From Felis catus (taxonomy: Eukaryota), in NCBI RefSeq assembly GCF_018350175.1, contig NC_058368.1:14076001-14140000 (forward strand): DNA of 64,000 nt, given 5' to 3'. Within the stretch, counting starts at the first letter, position 1, and each line of letters starts with the position of its first letter. The position numbers and the translations under genes were made by a program. The notes under the pieces were generated by a model, which ran no database searches, had not been told where the DNA came from, and saw only the letters and a list, made by a program, of their open reading frames with translations. Below are positions 12,686 through 24,422 of the stretch, piece after piece.

Positions 12686-12896
12686 GGGGTGCCTGGGTGG
12701 CTCAGTTGGTTAAGCTTCTGACTTCAACTCAGGTCATATTGCATGGTTCGTGGGTTCGAGCTCTGCGTTGGGCTCTGTGCTGACAGCTCAGAGCCTGGAG
12801 TCTGCTTCAGATTTTTGTGTTTCCCACTCTTTCTTCTCCCCCACCCCCTGCCCCTTGTGTTCTGTCTATCAAAAATAAATAAACATTAAAAAAAAG
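12686..12896 (+). mobile_element. Can-SINE
   Basis: GGGGTGCCTGGGTGGCTCAG head and A-rich tail. Confidence 0.95.
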
Positions 12897-14834
12897 GAAC
12901 ATGTATTTATGCCTGTCTCGACAATTAATTGATTCTTGAAATAATAGTTCCACCTAGCATCTATGTTTCTCATTCCAACTATGTAGCAGAGTGTGGGCAC
13001 ATAAATGGTTCTTAATAAGTACATGCTGGGTTGAGTTTCTAAATATGTTTTTGTAGTTAAAAAACTCATACTTGAATATGTTAATAGTTTTCAAAACACT
13101 TTCACATATAGAGCCTTCTTTGATCTTCCTAGCAAGTTTATTAGGTAGGCAAGACCATTATTATCCTCCTCGTTAGAAGATTAAATACAGACTTAAAAAG
13201 GACAATATAAAATTGTAGATTTTTTGGGATAAATATTATTTTCTTTGCAATGAGGTTTCTTATTTTTGGGGTGAGACGGTTTTAACTCATCTTCATCATG
13301 GAAGAGTGTGGCCTGATCTTTCCCAAGCTTGTCTACAGTTATTTTTAATCTGTTTGTAACCAGAATTTTAGGGATGTGGTCCACTGGGCTGTAGGGCCAC
13401 ACCAGGGCTTTTTTGGGCAGACTGGTGTGAAAACTTCTTGTATGCATACAAAACCACGGAATGTTCTTTGGTATTTTCAAATTCCTAGGATTTGCAAAGA
13501 AATTTTTGTCCGATGTGTCTGCTCCATCTGATTAGTAGTGCATGTCTGTAGTGCAGTGTTCAGAAAATCCTGAGGCACTGTTCAGTTTCAACAACAAAGT
13601 GTTTGGTTTAAACACAATTATAGGCGTGAAGGAGAGAGGTTCTTAAACCCTGTATTTATCATTTTAGTAACGGTAGGTTAGTTTTAATTTCAAGGCAATA
13701 CCTTTTTGATAAACATTCCTAATATACATAAGTCAGTTTTCTATCTTTATCTCCTTTTTCTTCTTCTTTCTCATTTCTGAGCAGAAGGTCAGAAAAGTGC
13801 CTATACTGGATATCATGGTCTTTTTCTAATCAGAAGGGATCATTTCTGGCTCGTAATTAATTCCCTTTCCCCATCCTCAACTTTCATAATAATGGCTAAG
13901 TACAACTAGGCTCTCAACTAACTTTTATGGTTTCTCCATAGATATTGTACCTTACTGTAGGCTGAACTGAACGTTTCATTCAGAACTTAGCATATTAATT
14001 TAAACAGGAAATTAAATCAGTAATATAAAATTATATTCTTATTAAGTATAGTCTCATTGGACTATACTCATGCAAGAATAGGTATACACAGGCTAAAGCC
14101 TAAAATACAGTAAACAGCCATATGTCCATTATTTATATATAATTCAGTTATCCATTCTTAAATTTAACAAATGTTTGAATATTGGCAGTGTGTCAGGCAT
14201 TGTGCTAATTGCTAGGAATATGACAGTGAAAAAGATGTGTAAGAATCCAACACTCATAGAGACTGCTAAATTTTAGTGGAAAAAATTAGAAAATGTTTTA
14301 GAATTCTGTTTTTTTCTTTATTTGGTTAATTTCTTGTCATTTTTTTTGTTATTTGAAAAAATAAGTTTAAAGAAAAATTCATTAGTAAATGACAAAGAGC
14401 ACATTTCTAATGAAGACTTTTCCTTTATCACACTTCATTTTGAAGTTGAGACCCAGGCTCAGACATTATTTTTTTTGTTGCCTTACTTTCTAAGTTTTTT
14501 AAAATTAATGACATAAGAGTCAAATGTTTATACACCATAAGTTTGCTAAGGATGTACAGTGTAAGGGTATTTCAAACAGAGTAATTCTTGGATTTCCTAA
14601 TTAATCTTTCCTTCTGTCAATACTGGTTTGTTTTTGTCTTTATCCATAATAAACAAAATTTGAAAACTGAAGAATTAAAGAGTTTAGAAGTTTCAGAATG
14701 ACTAGAGGACCCTTAGAAGAGAGTTTCATTTGATTTTGAGAGAATTGACAGTTTTTGCATTCTTTGTATATCTATATTTTTAAATTATGATTTAAATTAT
14801 TTATTAAATGAAATTCAAATTCTTCATCTTTCAG

Positions 14835-14916
14835 ATCTTGACAGAGCAAGTATGTACTCAAGTTGTACACAAACCACATCCAGAGCCAGATTCTACAGTG
14901 AAAATTCAGAATCCAA
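14835..14916 (+). CDS. NBEA: NBEA coding exon (82 nt, phase 0->1): ILTEQVCTQVVHKPHPEPDSTVKIQNP
   Basis: tctttcag|ATC acceptor and CAA|gtgagc donor. Not in the ORF track; translated by hand. Confidence 0.96.
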
Positions 14917-14934
14917 GTGAGCAAATAGCAATTT

Positions 14935-14939
14935 AAAAA

Positions 14940-14990
<51 letters not shown>
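14935..14990. repeat. A23 followed by (TA)n, 18 nt downstream of an exon
   Basis: Read directly. Confidence 0.95.
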
Positions 14991-14991
<1 letters not shown>

Positions 14992-15620
14992 CATGCTATA
15001 CCTTATCTATTGTGTAACTGGAAGTATGTAATTCTTAATTCCTTTCACCTATTTTGTTTCCCCATCTCCCTACCTCCCTCTCATTTGACAACCAGCAGTT
15101 CTCTAGTTCTGAGTGTATTTGTGGGGTTTTTTGGTTTGTTTGTTTGTTTGTTTAGATTCCACATGTAAGTCAAATCATATGGTATTTGACTTTCTCCCTC
15201 TAACTTATTTCTCTTAGCATAGTACTCTCTAGGTCCATGCATATTGTTGCAAAAGGCAAGATCTCATTTTACAACTAATATCCTAGTTTGTTTAAATACC
15301 ACATCTTCTTTAGCTGTTTACCTGCCGATGGACACTTAGGTTGCGTCCATATCTTGGCTATTATAAATTATGTTGCACTGAACATAGAGGTGCATATATC
15401 TTTTAGATTTAGTTTTTTGTTTGCTTTGGGTCAATACCCAGTAGTGGAATTACTGAATCATAATGGTAATTCTATTTTTAATTGTTGAAGACCCTTCATA
15501 CTGTTTTTCACAGTGGCTGCACCAAATTACATTCTTACCAACAGTGCAGGAGAGTTCCCTTTTCTCCACATCCTCACCAACACTTGTTATTTCTTCTTTT
15601 TATTTATTTTCTTTAGCTAT
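14991..15620 (-). mobile_element. L1 3' end (L1MA/L1_Carn-type), antisense to NBEA
   Basis: ttagattccacatgtaagt...ttatttctcttagcatagt...gatggacacttaggttgc...acatcctcaccaacacttg. Confidence 0.9.
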
Positions 15621-15836
15621 CCAAATGGCAATTCTTTATGTTAATGCAGTAATGACATGATAACATGTGAAACTAAATCGAAACTTTTCCTAACCACCTT
15701 AATCATTATGGTGTTTACCATAGTTCATAATACTTCTAACTCACCTACCATAGGGCTAAGCTGAAAATGAGTAAAGGTTTTTGAGTGGAAGATATGCAGT
15801 TGTAAATCTTGACTTTTTTTGTGTGCGTATTCACAG

Positions 15837-15960
15837 TGATTCTTAAGGTGGTGGCAACTTTGTTAAAAAACTCTACACCAAGTGCCGAACTGATGGAAGT
15901 TCGTCGTTTATTTTTATCTGACATGATAAAACTTTTCAGTAACAGTCGTGAAAATAGAAG
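15837..15960 (+). CDS. NBEA: NBEA coding exon (124 nt, phase 1->2): MILKVVATLLKNSTPSAELMEVRRLFLSDMIKLFSNSRENR
   Basis: tcacag|TG acceptor and AAG|gtaagc donor. Phase matches both neighbours. Confidence 0.96.
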
Positions 15961-16359
15961 GTAAGCAATTTCAATACTATAACAAAGCTTTATTCCATAA
16001 TTATTTTCTCTCCTTTATTTTTAGTCTCTTTCAAAAAGTTTTTCAAAACTTTCCCATATTGCTAAATACTTGTAATTCTCTGAAAAGGCATTTTATGTTT
16101 CTTTGATCTAATGTACATTTATTATACTTACTTTTATATTTTTATTTGATCATGTGGGCATTATATTTTAATTGTGGATATGAGTACACATATTTAAGAT
16201 GCACCATTCCTTCTGGTGATACCTGTGTGTTGTAATTGTGTTGGAGTTGCTTATATTCATCTCTGCTTTTCTCAGTTTCTCTCCGATAACTGATTATTGT
16301 GGTGCATTTTTAAGTTAGTTAAGACATGGGGTACAGTCTAAGGCTGTGGGTGCTTCCTG

Positions 16360-16660
16360 AGTCTTCAACAAATATGTATTGAATGTCTGGTATGTATCAA
16401 GCACTGTGCTGCGCACAGATTGTCTCCGTGTTCAGTCTTGGCACAATTTAATGGGGAAGATAACAAGAAAAGAGTGATTAATATGTAATGTGTTAAGTGC
16501 GTTGTTAGTGCTACAGGTGATGAGGAAGTAGAGAAACGATAACTAAATCTGACTGGGAGAGTTAGGAAGCCAACTTGAAATGATAATTTGGATTTTTCCA
16601 GGTAGAAAAATGGGAGAAAATCATTCCAGGTATAGAATATAGAATGTGCAGAATGACTGT
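16360..16660 (+). mobile_element. L2 3' fragment
   Basis: ttcaacaaatatgtattgaatgtc...tatgtatcaagcactgtgct. Confidence 0.6.
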
Positions 16661-16792
16661 GCATCTTGCTTTACCTAGGTCAGATCATATTTTCACTCTT
16701 TATCTAAATTTAAAAATAGTAAATTCTAATATAATTCAGGTATTTTTAATGAGGTGGGATTTTTTTGTTTGTTTGTTTTTTTAACCCACTAG

Positions 16793-16985
16793 ATGCTTAT
16801 TGCAGTGTTCAGTGTGGCAGGATTGGATGTTTTCTCTTGGCTATATCAATCCTAAAAATTCTGAGGAACAGAAGATTACCGAGATGGTCTACAATATCTT
16901 CCGGATTCTGTTGTATCATGCAATAAAATATGAATGGGGAGGATGGAGAGTCTGGGTTGATACACTCTCAATAGCTCATTCCAAG
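16793..16985 (+). CDS. NBEA: NBEA coding exon (193 nt, phase 2->0): [21 protein letters not shown]...[14 protein letters not shown]
   Basis: cactag|A acceptor and AAG|gtaagg donor. The [12 protein letters not shown] motif is typical of NBEA/LRBA. Overlaps ORF 16800..17162. Confidence 0.97.
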
Positions 16986-17052
16986 GTAAGGAGATGTAGC
17001 ACTTTAGATCATCAGGGTTTCGGCTGCGGATTCAATGGCTATAAACACGCAT

Positions 17053-17072
17053 CTGGTGCCATCTTGTGGGCA
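17053..17072 (-). promoter_or_regulatory. Candidate CTCF site (overlapping YY1-type GCCATCTT)
   Basis: Minus strand reads TGCCCACAAGATGGCACCAG, matching the core CCASYAGRKGGCRS at 13 of 14 positions. Confidence 0.55.
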
Positions 17073-17667
17073 TTTTACATTATGGCCGATTCCTTTATCT
17101 CCACTTTCTTTACTGTTTTTGGTTTTATTTTCTCTCTATTCTGTAACACTGTTACAGCTTGAAATATTTTACAGATCATTTCATTGAAACCCCATGTTTA
17201 TGAACCAGGGATTTTAGACCCCAGACGTAACCCCACATACGTTTTATAGCTCGAGTCTGAGCCAATAGTTCTTTTACCTTAAACATACCTACTGGTTCTT
17301 AAAAGAATATTTCATGAAATACATGCTGAAAAATACTTTCTGAAAAGTAATGAGAAATTGCCTTTATTTCCAAGTGAATCATGAATAAGGGTTTAAGTTT
17401 AGTGGCATTTTTAATTGCATTATCTTTCCTTTTTAATTCTAAGAATCTATATATCTGTATTTTAAATGTTACCTGATCTTTGGTGAGAGAAAGTAGTGAG
17501 TTAACATGCACATTTATGTACACATTAGATTCTGGAAAAATCGGAGTCAAGATTTCTCATTATGTGGTGTCCTAGAAAAAGCGTGGGTGTCAGAAGTTTG
17601 GCTTTTAATCCAGTCTGTGCCACAGTTCAGTTTTGTGACTTCAGGAAATTTGTATAGTCCTTTTGTG

Positions 17668-17905
17668 CAGGGGTTAGAAAAATGTTCTTTTTAATGTTTT
17701 TTTAACCTGTACAGATAGTAAATATTTTAGGTCTTGGGGGCTGTACAGCCAGCCTCTGAAGCAGCTATTTAACTCTGCCATGTGGTGTGAAAATAGCCAT
17801 AGGAAACGTGTAAAAAATGAACATGGCTGTGTTCTTGTATAACTTTACTTACTAAAACAGGTGATAAGCACGTTTGATTCATGGGCTATACTTAGCCAGC
17901 TTCCA
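17668..17905. mobile_element. MER58A-like MITE
   Basis: caggggttagaaaa...cagatagtaaatattttagg...aactctgcca...aactttacttactaaaacagg. Confidence 0.7.
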
Positions 17906-18768
17906 CTTTTAGGACTTGATTTCCTCTTCTGTAAAATAAAGGAATTTTTGTATCAACATAATCTCCAAAGGAAGATCCCTCTCAACCTAAAATCCTGTTG
18001 TCATTTAGGTCAATATCATATGTGCCTATAAGGAAAGATTTTGAACTTTATTATTTTCAATTTTAGAAGAGCTTTTATTTCTGTTAAAACTTATATTTTA
18101 TAATGTATTGGCACCTTTTATCATTAACAAATTTTAAAATACTACTTGATAAGAAAAACATTTCATGTTTTATGAAAAAATATATTTCATAATTATTCTT
18201 AAACAAGCCATGTAAAGTAACCCATTAGTCTATATAAAGATAAATTTGTGATGTTTTAACAGTTTAAAAATGTACATAATTATAGATATGTGTGATTTTT
18301 AAATATCTCAATTGGAAGTAGGCACACATGAATAATAGATGGTGAAAACTGATATGGTAATACTTTGGATATTATATATATTATTAGCCAATTTTCTGTG
18401 TTAGCTGAACTCAAATATGTAGGAATTCAACTGGCATATTAGGTTAGAGTAACATTGAAATACTTAACCTAAAAGAAAAGATTACTTCACTTAAAACTTT
18501 AATGTTGCTAGTTTACTTAACTGTTTTTGGACACTGTATATATATAACGCGCGCACACACACACACACACACAGGTATATAAAATAAGTCATATGTAACT
18601 ATTTTTGACGATTACTTCCAATTACTTAATGAAACTTAAGATTAATATGTGCTACACTTGAAATCGTAATTTTGATACCATTTTCCCTATTAACATAACT
18701 TTACTTGTATTTTTTTCTCCTTGGTATGTATATGAAATGCCTTAATGTTTTCTTTCCTTATTCCTAAG

Positions 18769-19785
18769 GTCACTTACGAAGCACATAAAGAATACCTAGC
18801 CAAAATGTATGAAGAATATCAGAGACAAGAGGAGGAAAACATTAAAAAGGGAAAAAAAGGGAATGTGAGCACCATCTCTGGTCTTTCGTCACAGACAACA
18901 GGAGCAAAGGGTGGAATGGAAATCCGAGAGATGGAAGATCTCTCACAAAGCCAGAGCCCGGAAAGTGAGACAGATTACCCTGTCAGCACAGACACTAGAG
19001 ACTTGCTCATGTCGACAAAAGTGTCAGATGGTATTCTTGGAAATTCAGATAGACCGGGAGGTGGTGTGCATGTGGAAGTGCATGATCTTTTGGTTGATAT
19101 AAAAGCAGAGAAAGTAGAAGCCACCGAAGTAAAGCTTGATGATATGGATTTATCACCGGAGACGTTAGTGGGTGGAGAGAATGGTGCCCTTGTGGAGGTT
19201 GAATCTTTATTGGATAATGTATATAGTGCTGCTGTTGAGAAACTCCAGAACAATGTACATGGAAGTGTTGGTATCATTAAAAAAAATGAAGAAAAGGATA
19301 ATGGTCCATTGATAACACTAGCAGATGAGAAGGATGAACTTCCGAATAGTAGTACGTCATTTCTCTTCGATAAAATACCTAAACAGGAGGAGAAACTTCT
19401 TCCTGAACTTTCTAGCAATCACATTATTCCAAATATTCAGGACACACAAGTACATCTTGGTGTTAGTGATGACCTTGGATTGCTTGCTCATATGACTGGT
19501 AGTGTAGACTTAAGTTGTACATCAAGTATCATAGAAGAAAAAGAGTTCAAAATCCATACAACATCCGATGGAATGAGCAGTATTTCTGAAAGAGACTTAG
19601 CGTCATCCTCTAAAGGGTTAGAGTATGCTGAAATGACTGCTACCACTCTGGAAACCGAGTCATCTGGTAGCAAAATTGTACCAAATATTGATGCAGGAAG
19701 TATAATTTCAGATACTGAGAGATCTGACGATGGCAAAGAATCAGGAAAGGAAATTCGAAAAATCCAGACCACTGCTACAACGCAA
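18769..19785 (+). CDS. NBEA: NBEA large coding exon (1017 nt, phase 0->0): VTYEAHKEYLAKMY...IRKIQTTATTQ; acidic low-complexity region containing the PKA-RII anchoring segment
   Basis: ttcctaag|GTC acceptor and CAA|gtgagt donor. 339 open codons within ORF 18745..19803. Confidence 0.97.
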
Positions 19786-21511
19786 GTGAGTTATCCTACG
19801 TGAGTTCTAAAAATGCATTGGACAGATCCTGAGTTGTTAGCACTACGGCAGAGTAATTTCCGAACAGTCACATCATGTTTATACTTAATTATGGCATTAT
19901 AGTTACTTCGGGAATCACGTGTTATGGTAGTATATATACAAAACAAATTTAAAATATCTGAATTATATTTCCAACTCCACCACATTGTGTCTGTGTACCT
20001 TTGTTGGGCCTCTCTGGGCCTGAATTTCCTTATACAGTACAAGTGTTTGTACCAGATTAAAATATGACCTGGAAGGGCTCTACCCATTCCAGTATTTTGT
20101 GACTCTGTGACTAAATTTACACATTTTGTACTCAAGATCTTCATTCTGAATACTCGATTAATTTTAACCTTTTAAGCTTCAGGCCCAACCCCGTTCTGTG
20201 GATTATAGCAAAGAGGACTTGGAGCCCAGATTGAACTGATAAATGAAATGAAAGGGAAGGGAAAAGGGAACTGTTATTTATCAAGTGCCTACTATGTTCC
20301 AGGCACTGTGCTATATGTTTTCAGATTTAATCCTCACAACCACCCTGTGAGGTAGGTAGTATGGCTGAGAAAATTTGGACTTATTAGCAGTGAAAATTTT
20401 CTTTACAACGATGTGGCTAGGAGTTGTGGTTATGAGAAAATTAAAGATTCTTAGGCCTAGTGGTGAGGAAATGTTAGTGCTGCATTTCTGGCCTCACCAG
20501 AGTAAAGCTAAAAATAGATGATGTTTTCTGATATGAATTTTAATTGTGGAGCTTTGAGTTTTAAGACCACTTCCTTCTTTTCCAGGCTAAATTACCTTAT
20601 GATTAAGAATTGAAGAATACTTTTACCATTAGTGATTTAGGTTTTTGGTTGTTCTCTGGGTTTTCCACTCACTGTTTCATATCATCAAAGATAAGGTTAA
20701 CATGTTTCCATTAGAATTGTATTATAAAGAGTAAACCATACCTTTCTGGTGTCTTTGTACTCTAATAACAATCCTTACATATTCCGTGTGGGGAAGAAAC
20801 CACAACAAACAAACAAAACATGTATTCTGTGTGTGGGAAAGCTGTTTTTATTTTTTCTCTGTTAACTGCCAGCTTCTATTTTTGTGGCGGTTGTACTACC
20901 ATGGTAATTGGAAGGGAGTGGGGATATTGAGTTAGGTGAAGATTTAAATGAAAGGAAAGCATAGTGCGTTGTTTATTGAGCATAATAATCGCTAGGCTTG
21001 CCTGGTTTTCTAACTTGTCAAATAAATGTACTATTTTTCGAAATTGAAGTATTGTGAGTAAAATAGACTTTTGAGTTAATTTCAATCTGTTCAAGTAATA
21101 TTTTTTAATCTTGTGTTTCTAAGTATAGTTAGTTGATGACATATATCCCGTATACTTCAATTTTAATTATATGCTAACTTTTGTAAGGGACACATGTATC
21201 TAATATGAAGACTCCATAAACAAGGGTAAAGAGGACTTGGTTTTCAACGTGAACCCTGGTGTTAGACTTGAGGTATTTGATGTCCTTGCCTGGTTTTTGA
21301 AACAGAAAAATAAAAGTAATAATAGTAGCCTCTTCAGCTCAAAAAGGTTTCTGTCTATGGAATCACCAGATGAATAATATGTGTAAAATAGATAACCTAT
21401 CAAAGTTATATGCAGGAGCTCTCTTCGCTCACTTGACTATACTTACTGTTTTCTTTTTGAAATCATGCATTTCTTTGGTAGTCTACAGAAGTTCACCTTT
21501 TCTTTCTCTAG

Positions 21512-21729
21512 GCTGTTCAGGGTCGGTCTATTACACAACAAGACAGAGACCTCCGAGTTGACCTAGGATTTCGAGGCATGCCAATGACTGAGGAACAGAG
21601 GCGCCAGTTCAGCCCAGGTCCACGCACCACAATGTTTCGTATTCCTGAGTTTAAATGGTCTCCAATGCACCAGCGACTTCTCACCGATTTATTGTTTGCA
21701 TTAGAAACAGATGTACATGTTTGGAGGAG
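21512..21729 (+). CDS. NBEA: NBEA coding exon (218 nt, phase 0->2): [22 protein letters not shown]...[31 protein letters not shown]
   Basis: tctttctctag|GCT acceptor and GAG|gtagaa donor. Conserved FRIPEFKWS motif. Confidence 0.96.
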
Positions 21730-21854
21730 GTAGAAATATTTCTTTTCTTAAGACAACTTTCACTTAAGAAAATGACTATTTTAAATTACTGATACATAGT
21801 GAATTATATCATTGAAAATCTCACAAATTGAACTTATTAAAAATAATCCAACAT

Positions 21855-22068
21855 GGGACACCTGGGGGTGGCTCAGTTGGCTAAGTGTCCAACTCTTGAT
21901 ATCAGCTCAGGTCATGATCTCCCGGTAGGATTCAGCCCTACAACATCAGGCTCCTTGCTGACAACGTAGGGACTGCTTGGGATTCTGTCTCCGTCTGTCT
22001 CTCTCCCTCTCTTTACCCCTTCCCCGCTTGCGCTCGCTTTCTCGCTCAAAATTAATAAACTTAAAAAA
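21855..22068 (+). mobile_element. Can-SINE (older) with degenerate TSD
   Basis: SINE head and tail, flanked by AAAAATAATCCAACAT / AAAAATAACCTAACAT. Confidence 0.93.
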
Positions 22069-22499
22069 TAACCTAACATTAAAACTTTGTATAGAAACAT
22101 GAGTATTTTCATAAAGGTAAGGTTATAAAGCCTAGGGCTCAAATCAACAGGTATCCAAGAACTTAGGACAATTAAAAAGTAAAATTTTGAAACCTGGCAT
22201 TGCCTATTCTATGTATAAAAGGGATTTAACAACAACAAAAAGGTTAAATTTTGGTTCAAAGCTGCTTCCACATTTTTTGTTCTTTTTCTGTTAAAATTAA
22301 TACCATATACTAACTTTATTCTGGGTAATAAAATTATAACATAGTGTTAAAATTTAAAATCACCTATGACATCTATTTTTAGAGCCTTTGCCCTTGAAGT
22401 CGTTAGTATCAGTTCATATATAATCACCTAAAGAAAACAGTCTGCATAAATGAAATAATTACCCTGCTTCACTTTCAGTTGATTTTCTAATAGCAAATA

Positions 22500-23143
22500 T
22501 TTGACAAATTAAGCAGTTACAAGAGTGCGTGCGCATAATTTAGGAAGTTGGTGGCTGGAACAGAGTACCCTACTGTCATTGACTTAAACAATCGATGGCG
22601 TGATGTTCTCTGGACTCCAGGAGACTTCTCTGCTTCTCCTAATTTTCCTTCTAAGATTCAAGGTGGCTGATTCAGCTCCTAGCACCACTAAAACGTTGGA
22701 AACTTGCCCAGACTGGAAGGCAGGGTCTCTTCTTCTTCGTCCTTCATCCCCTTTTTTCCCTCTTCCCTTTCCTCTTTTTTCTTTTCCCCATTTTCTTCTC
22801 CTTCTCTATCGCTTCCTCCTCCTCCTCCTCCTCCTCCTCCTTCTCCTCCTCCTCCTCCGCTACTTTTTCCCTGTCATGCTCCTTACCCTCCTTTCTTCTT
22901 TTCTAAAAGAAGCCCTCAGGAAACCTTCCTCTCACCTCTCCCATGCCAGAAGGCAATCACCAGCAAAAGGGAATGGGATTATAATGACTGGCCTATGTAG
23001 AGCCATACTGGTTAATAACCTCATAGCTGAGGTAAAGCCAACCTTTCCTGTACTTGATCTAGCTCAACAATAGAACAAAATCTAGATTGTGTTAGCAGGG
23101 AAGAAGGAATAACTATTACGGAGAACAGTCGATGTCTGCTATA
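22500..23143. mobile_element. Probable old MLT1 LTR with an expanded internal polypyrimidine/(CCT)n tract (about 22725-22905)
   Basis: caaggtggctg...agctcctagcacca and aagccctcaggaaaccttcctctcacctctcccatgccaga flank a long C/T-rich tract. Confidence 0.5.
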
Positions 23144-24268
23144 GAAAGCTTTTACTTCTAATTTTATTTGACCAGTTTGTCCTTAGTCTACTCATGTGAT
23201 AGAAACAATGGTCTTTCCATTGTTAGTGTTGTTCTATGCTAAATTACCTGGGGATGATAAATAAGGAAACTGGAACACAGTGAAACACATTACTGTTAGC
23301 ATGACCTCAACGGAGATATATAGTGTAACTTCCTAATTATAATATTAGTAGTCCTCAAATGAGTGGTACTCAACTTCCCTTCCTTTAACATAAGATGGAT
23401 ACATAACATACACGCAGATACCACATGTTTCTGTTTTCATGCGCTCTCGTAAAATTCCCCAAGCAGAATTTTACTTAATTTTTTAAAAGCACTTATTTTT
23501 AGGATCAGGTCATACAGCTTGACATCTAAAAGATCGTAGATGATAGTTTACAATTCTGATGAGTGAGAATCATTGACTTAAAATCGATTATGGAATAACC
23601 TCTTTTTTCCCATTAGAAAACAGTTCATATTCCTGACAGACATCAAACTAAAGCAGTGTATGTTTTTGGGTATCTACATTGCATGTTTTGTATGGGAAAC
23701 TGCACTGATGACCTTTAAGGTCTTTTACCTTTTTTAATTCAGTAAGTCCTTGAATTTTTACTTATTCATTTATATTTCCCCATCTTGTCACTTCTGTGAC
23801 TAGCAGTACACATTTTCAGTATGGCTGGTCACAGGTGGGGCTCCAGTCTGGTGATAAAACAAACAGAAATTACCTGAAAGTAAACTTGGAGTTAACTATC
23901 CAATTGTTCTAAATTACCTAAGGATAGTAAATAAGGAAAACTTATTACAACACAAAATAACAAGCTTTTGTGAAAATACTTTTTAGGCTAAATTCATTGA
24001 CCTAATATAATTTGTCTTGAATCTAGTTAATGTACTGTATTTTTAAAGCAGAAACCCAGTAATGAATTAATACACTAGGATACAAAGAAACCCTGCCGAG
24101 ATGAATGTTGTTTTTTGTAATATGGCATCTCAATTATAAATTGTTTTCTTTTCTAATAATTCCATTTTAAATTTGCCTAGCTCTTCAATAATTTTTACTT
24201 TATAAATGTTACAAGTAGCATTAAGCTAAGAAAATGTTCACTTGTGTTTTGTTTTTGTGCTATTTTAG

Positions 24269-24422
24269 CCATTCCACAAAGTCTGTAATGGATTTTGTCA
24301 ATAGCAATGAAAATATTATTTTTGTACATAACACAATTCACCTCATTTCCCAAATGGTAGACAACATCATCATTGCTTGTGGAGGAATTTTACCTTTGCT
24401 CTCCGCTGCTACATCACCAACT
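24269..24422 (+). CDS. NBEA: NBEA coding exon (154 nt, phase 2->0): [51 protein letters not shown]
   Basis: tattttag|C acceptor and ACT|gtaagt donor. Lies within ORF 24234..24500. Confidence 0.97.

Noticed and set aside
16986..17162. ORF continuing 58 codons past the exon donor
   Set aside because: There is a strong AAG|gtaagg donor and the next exon continues in frame. Read-through of this length is expected by chance.
18911..19772. Overlapping and antisense ORFs (18911..19102, 18975..19418, 19488..19772; likewise 63239..63602)
   Set aside because: These are shadows of the real NBEA frame produced by codon bias, with no independent gene signals.
22600..23073. 157-aa poly-Leu and 98-aa poly-Pro ORFs
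   Set aside because: They arise from a stop-free C/T simple repeat inside a probable LTR relic.
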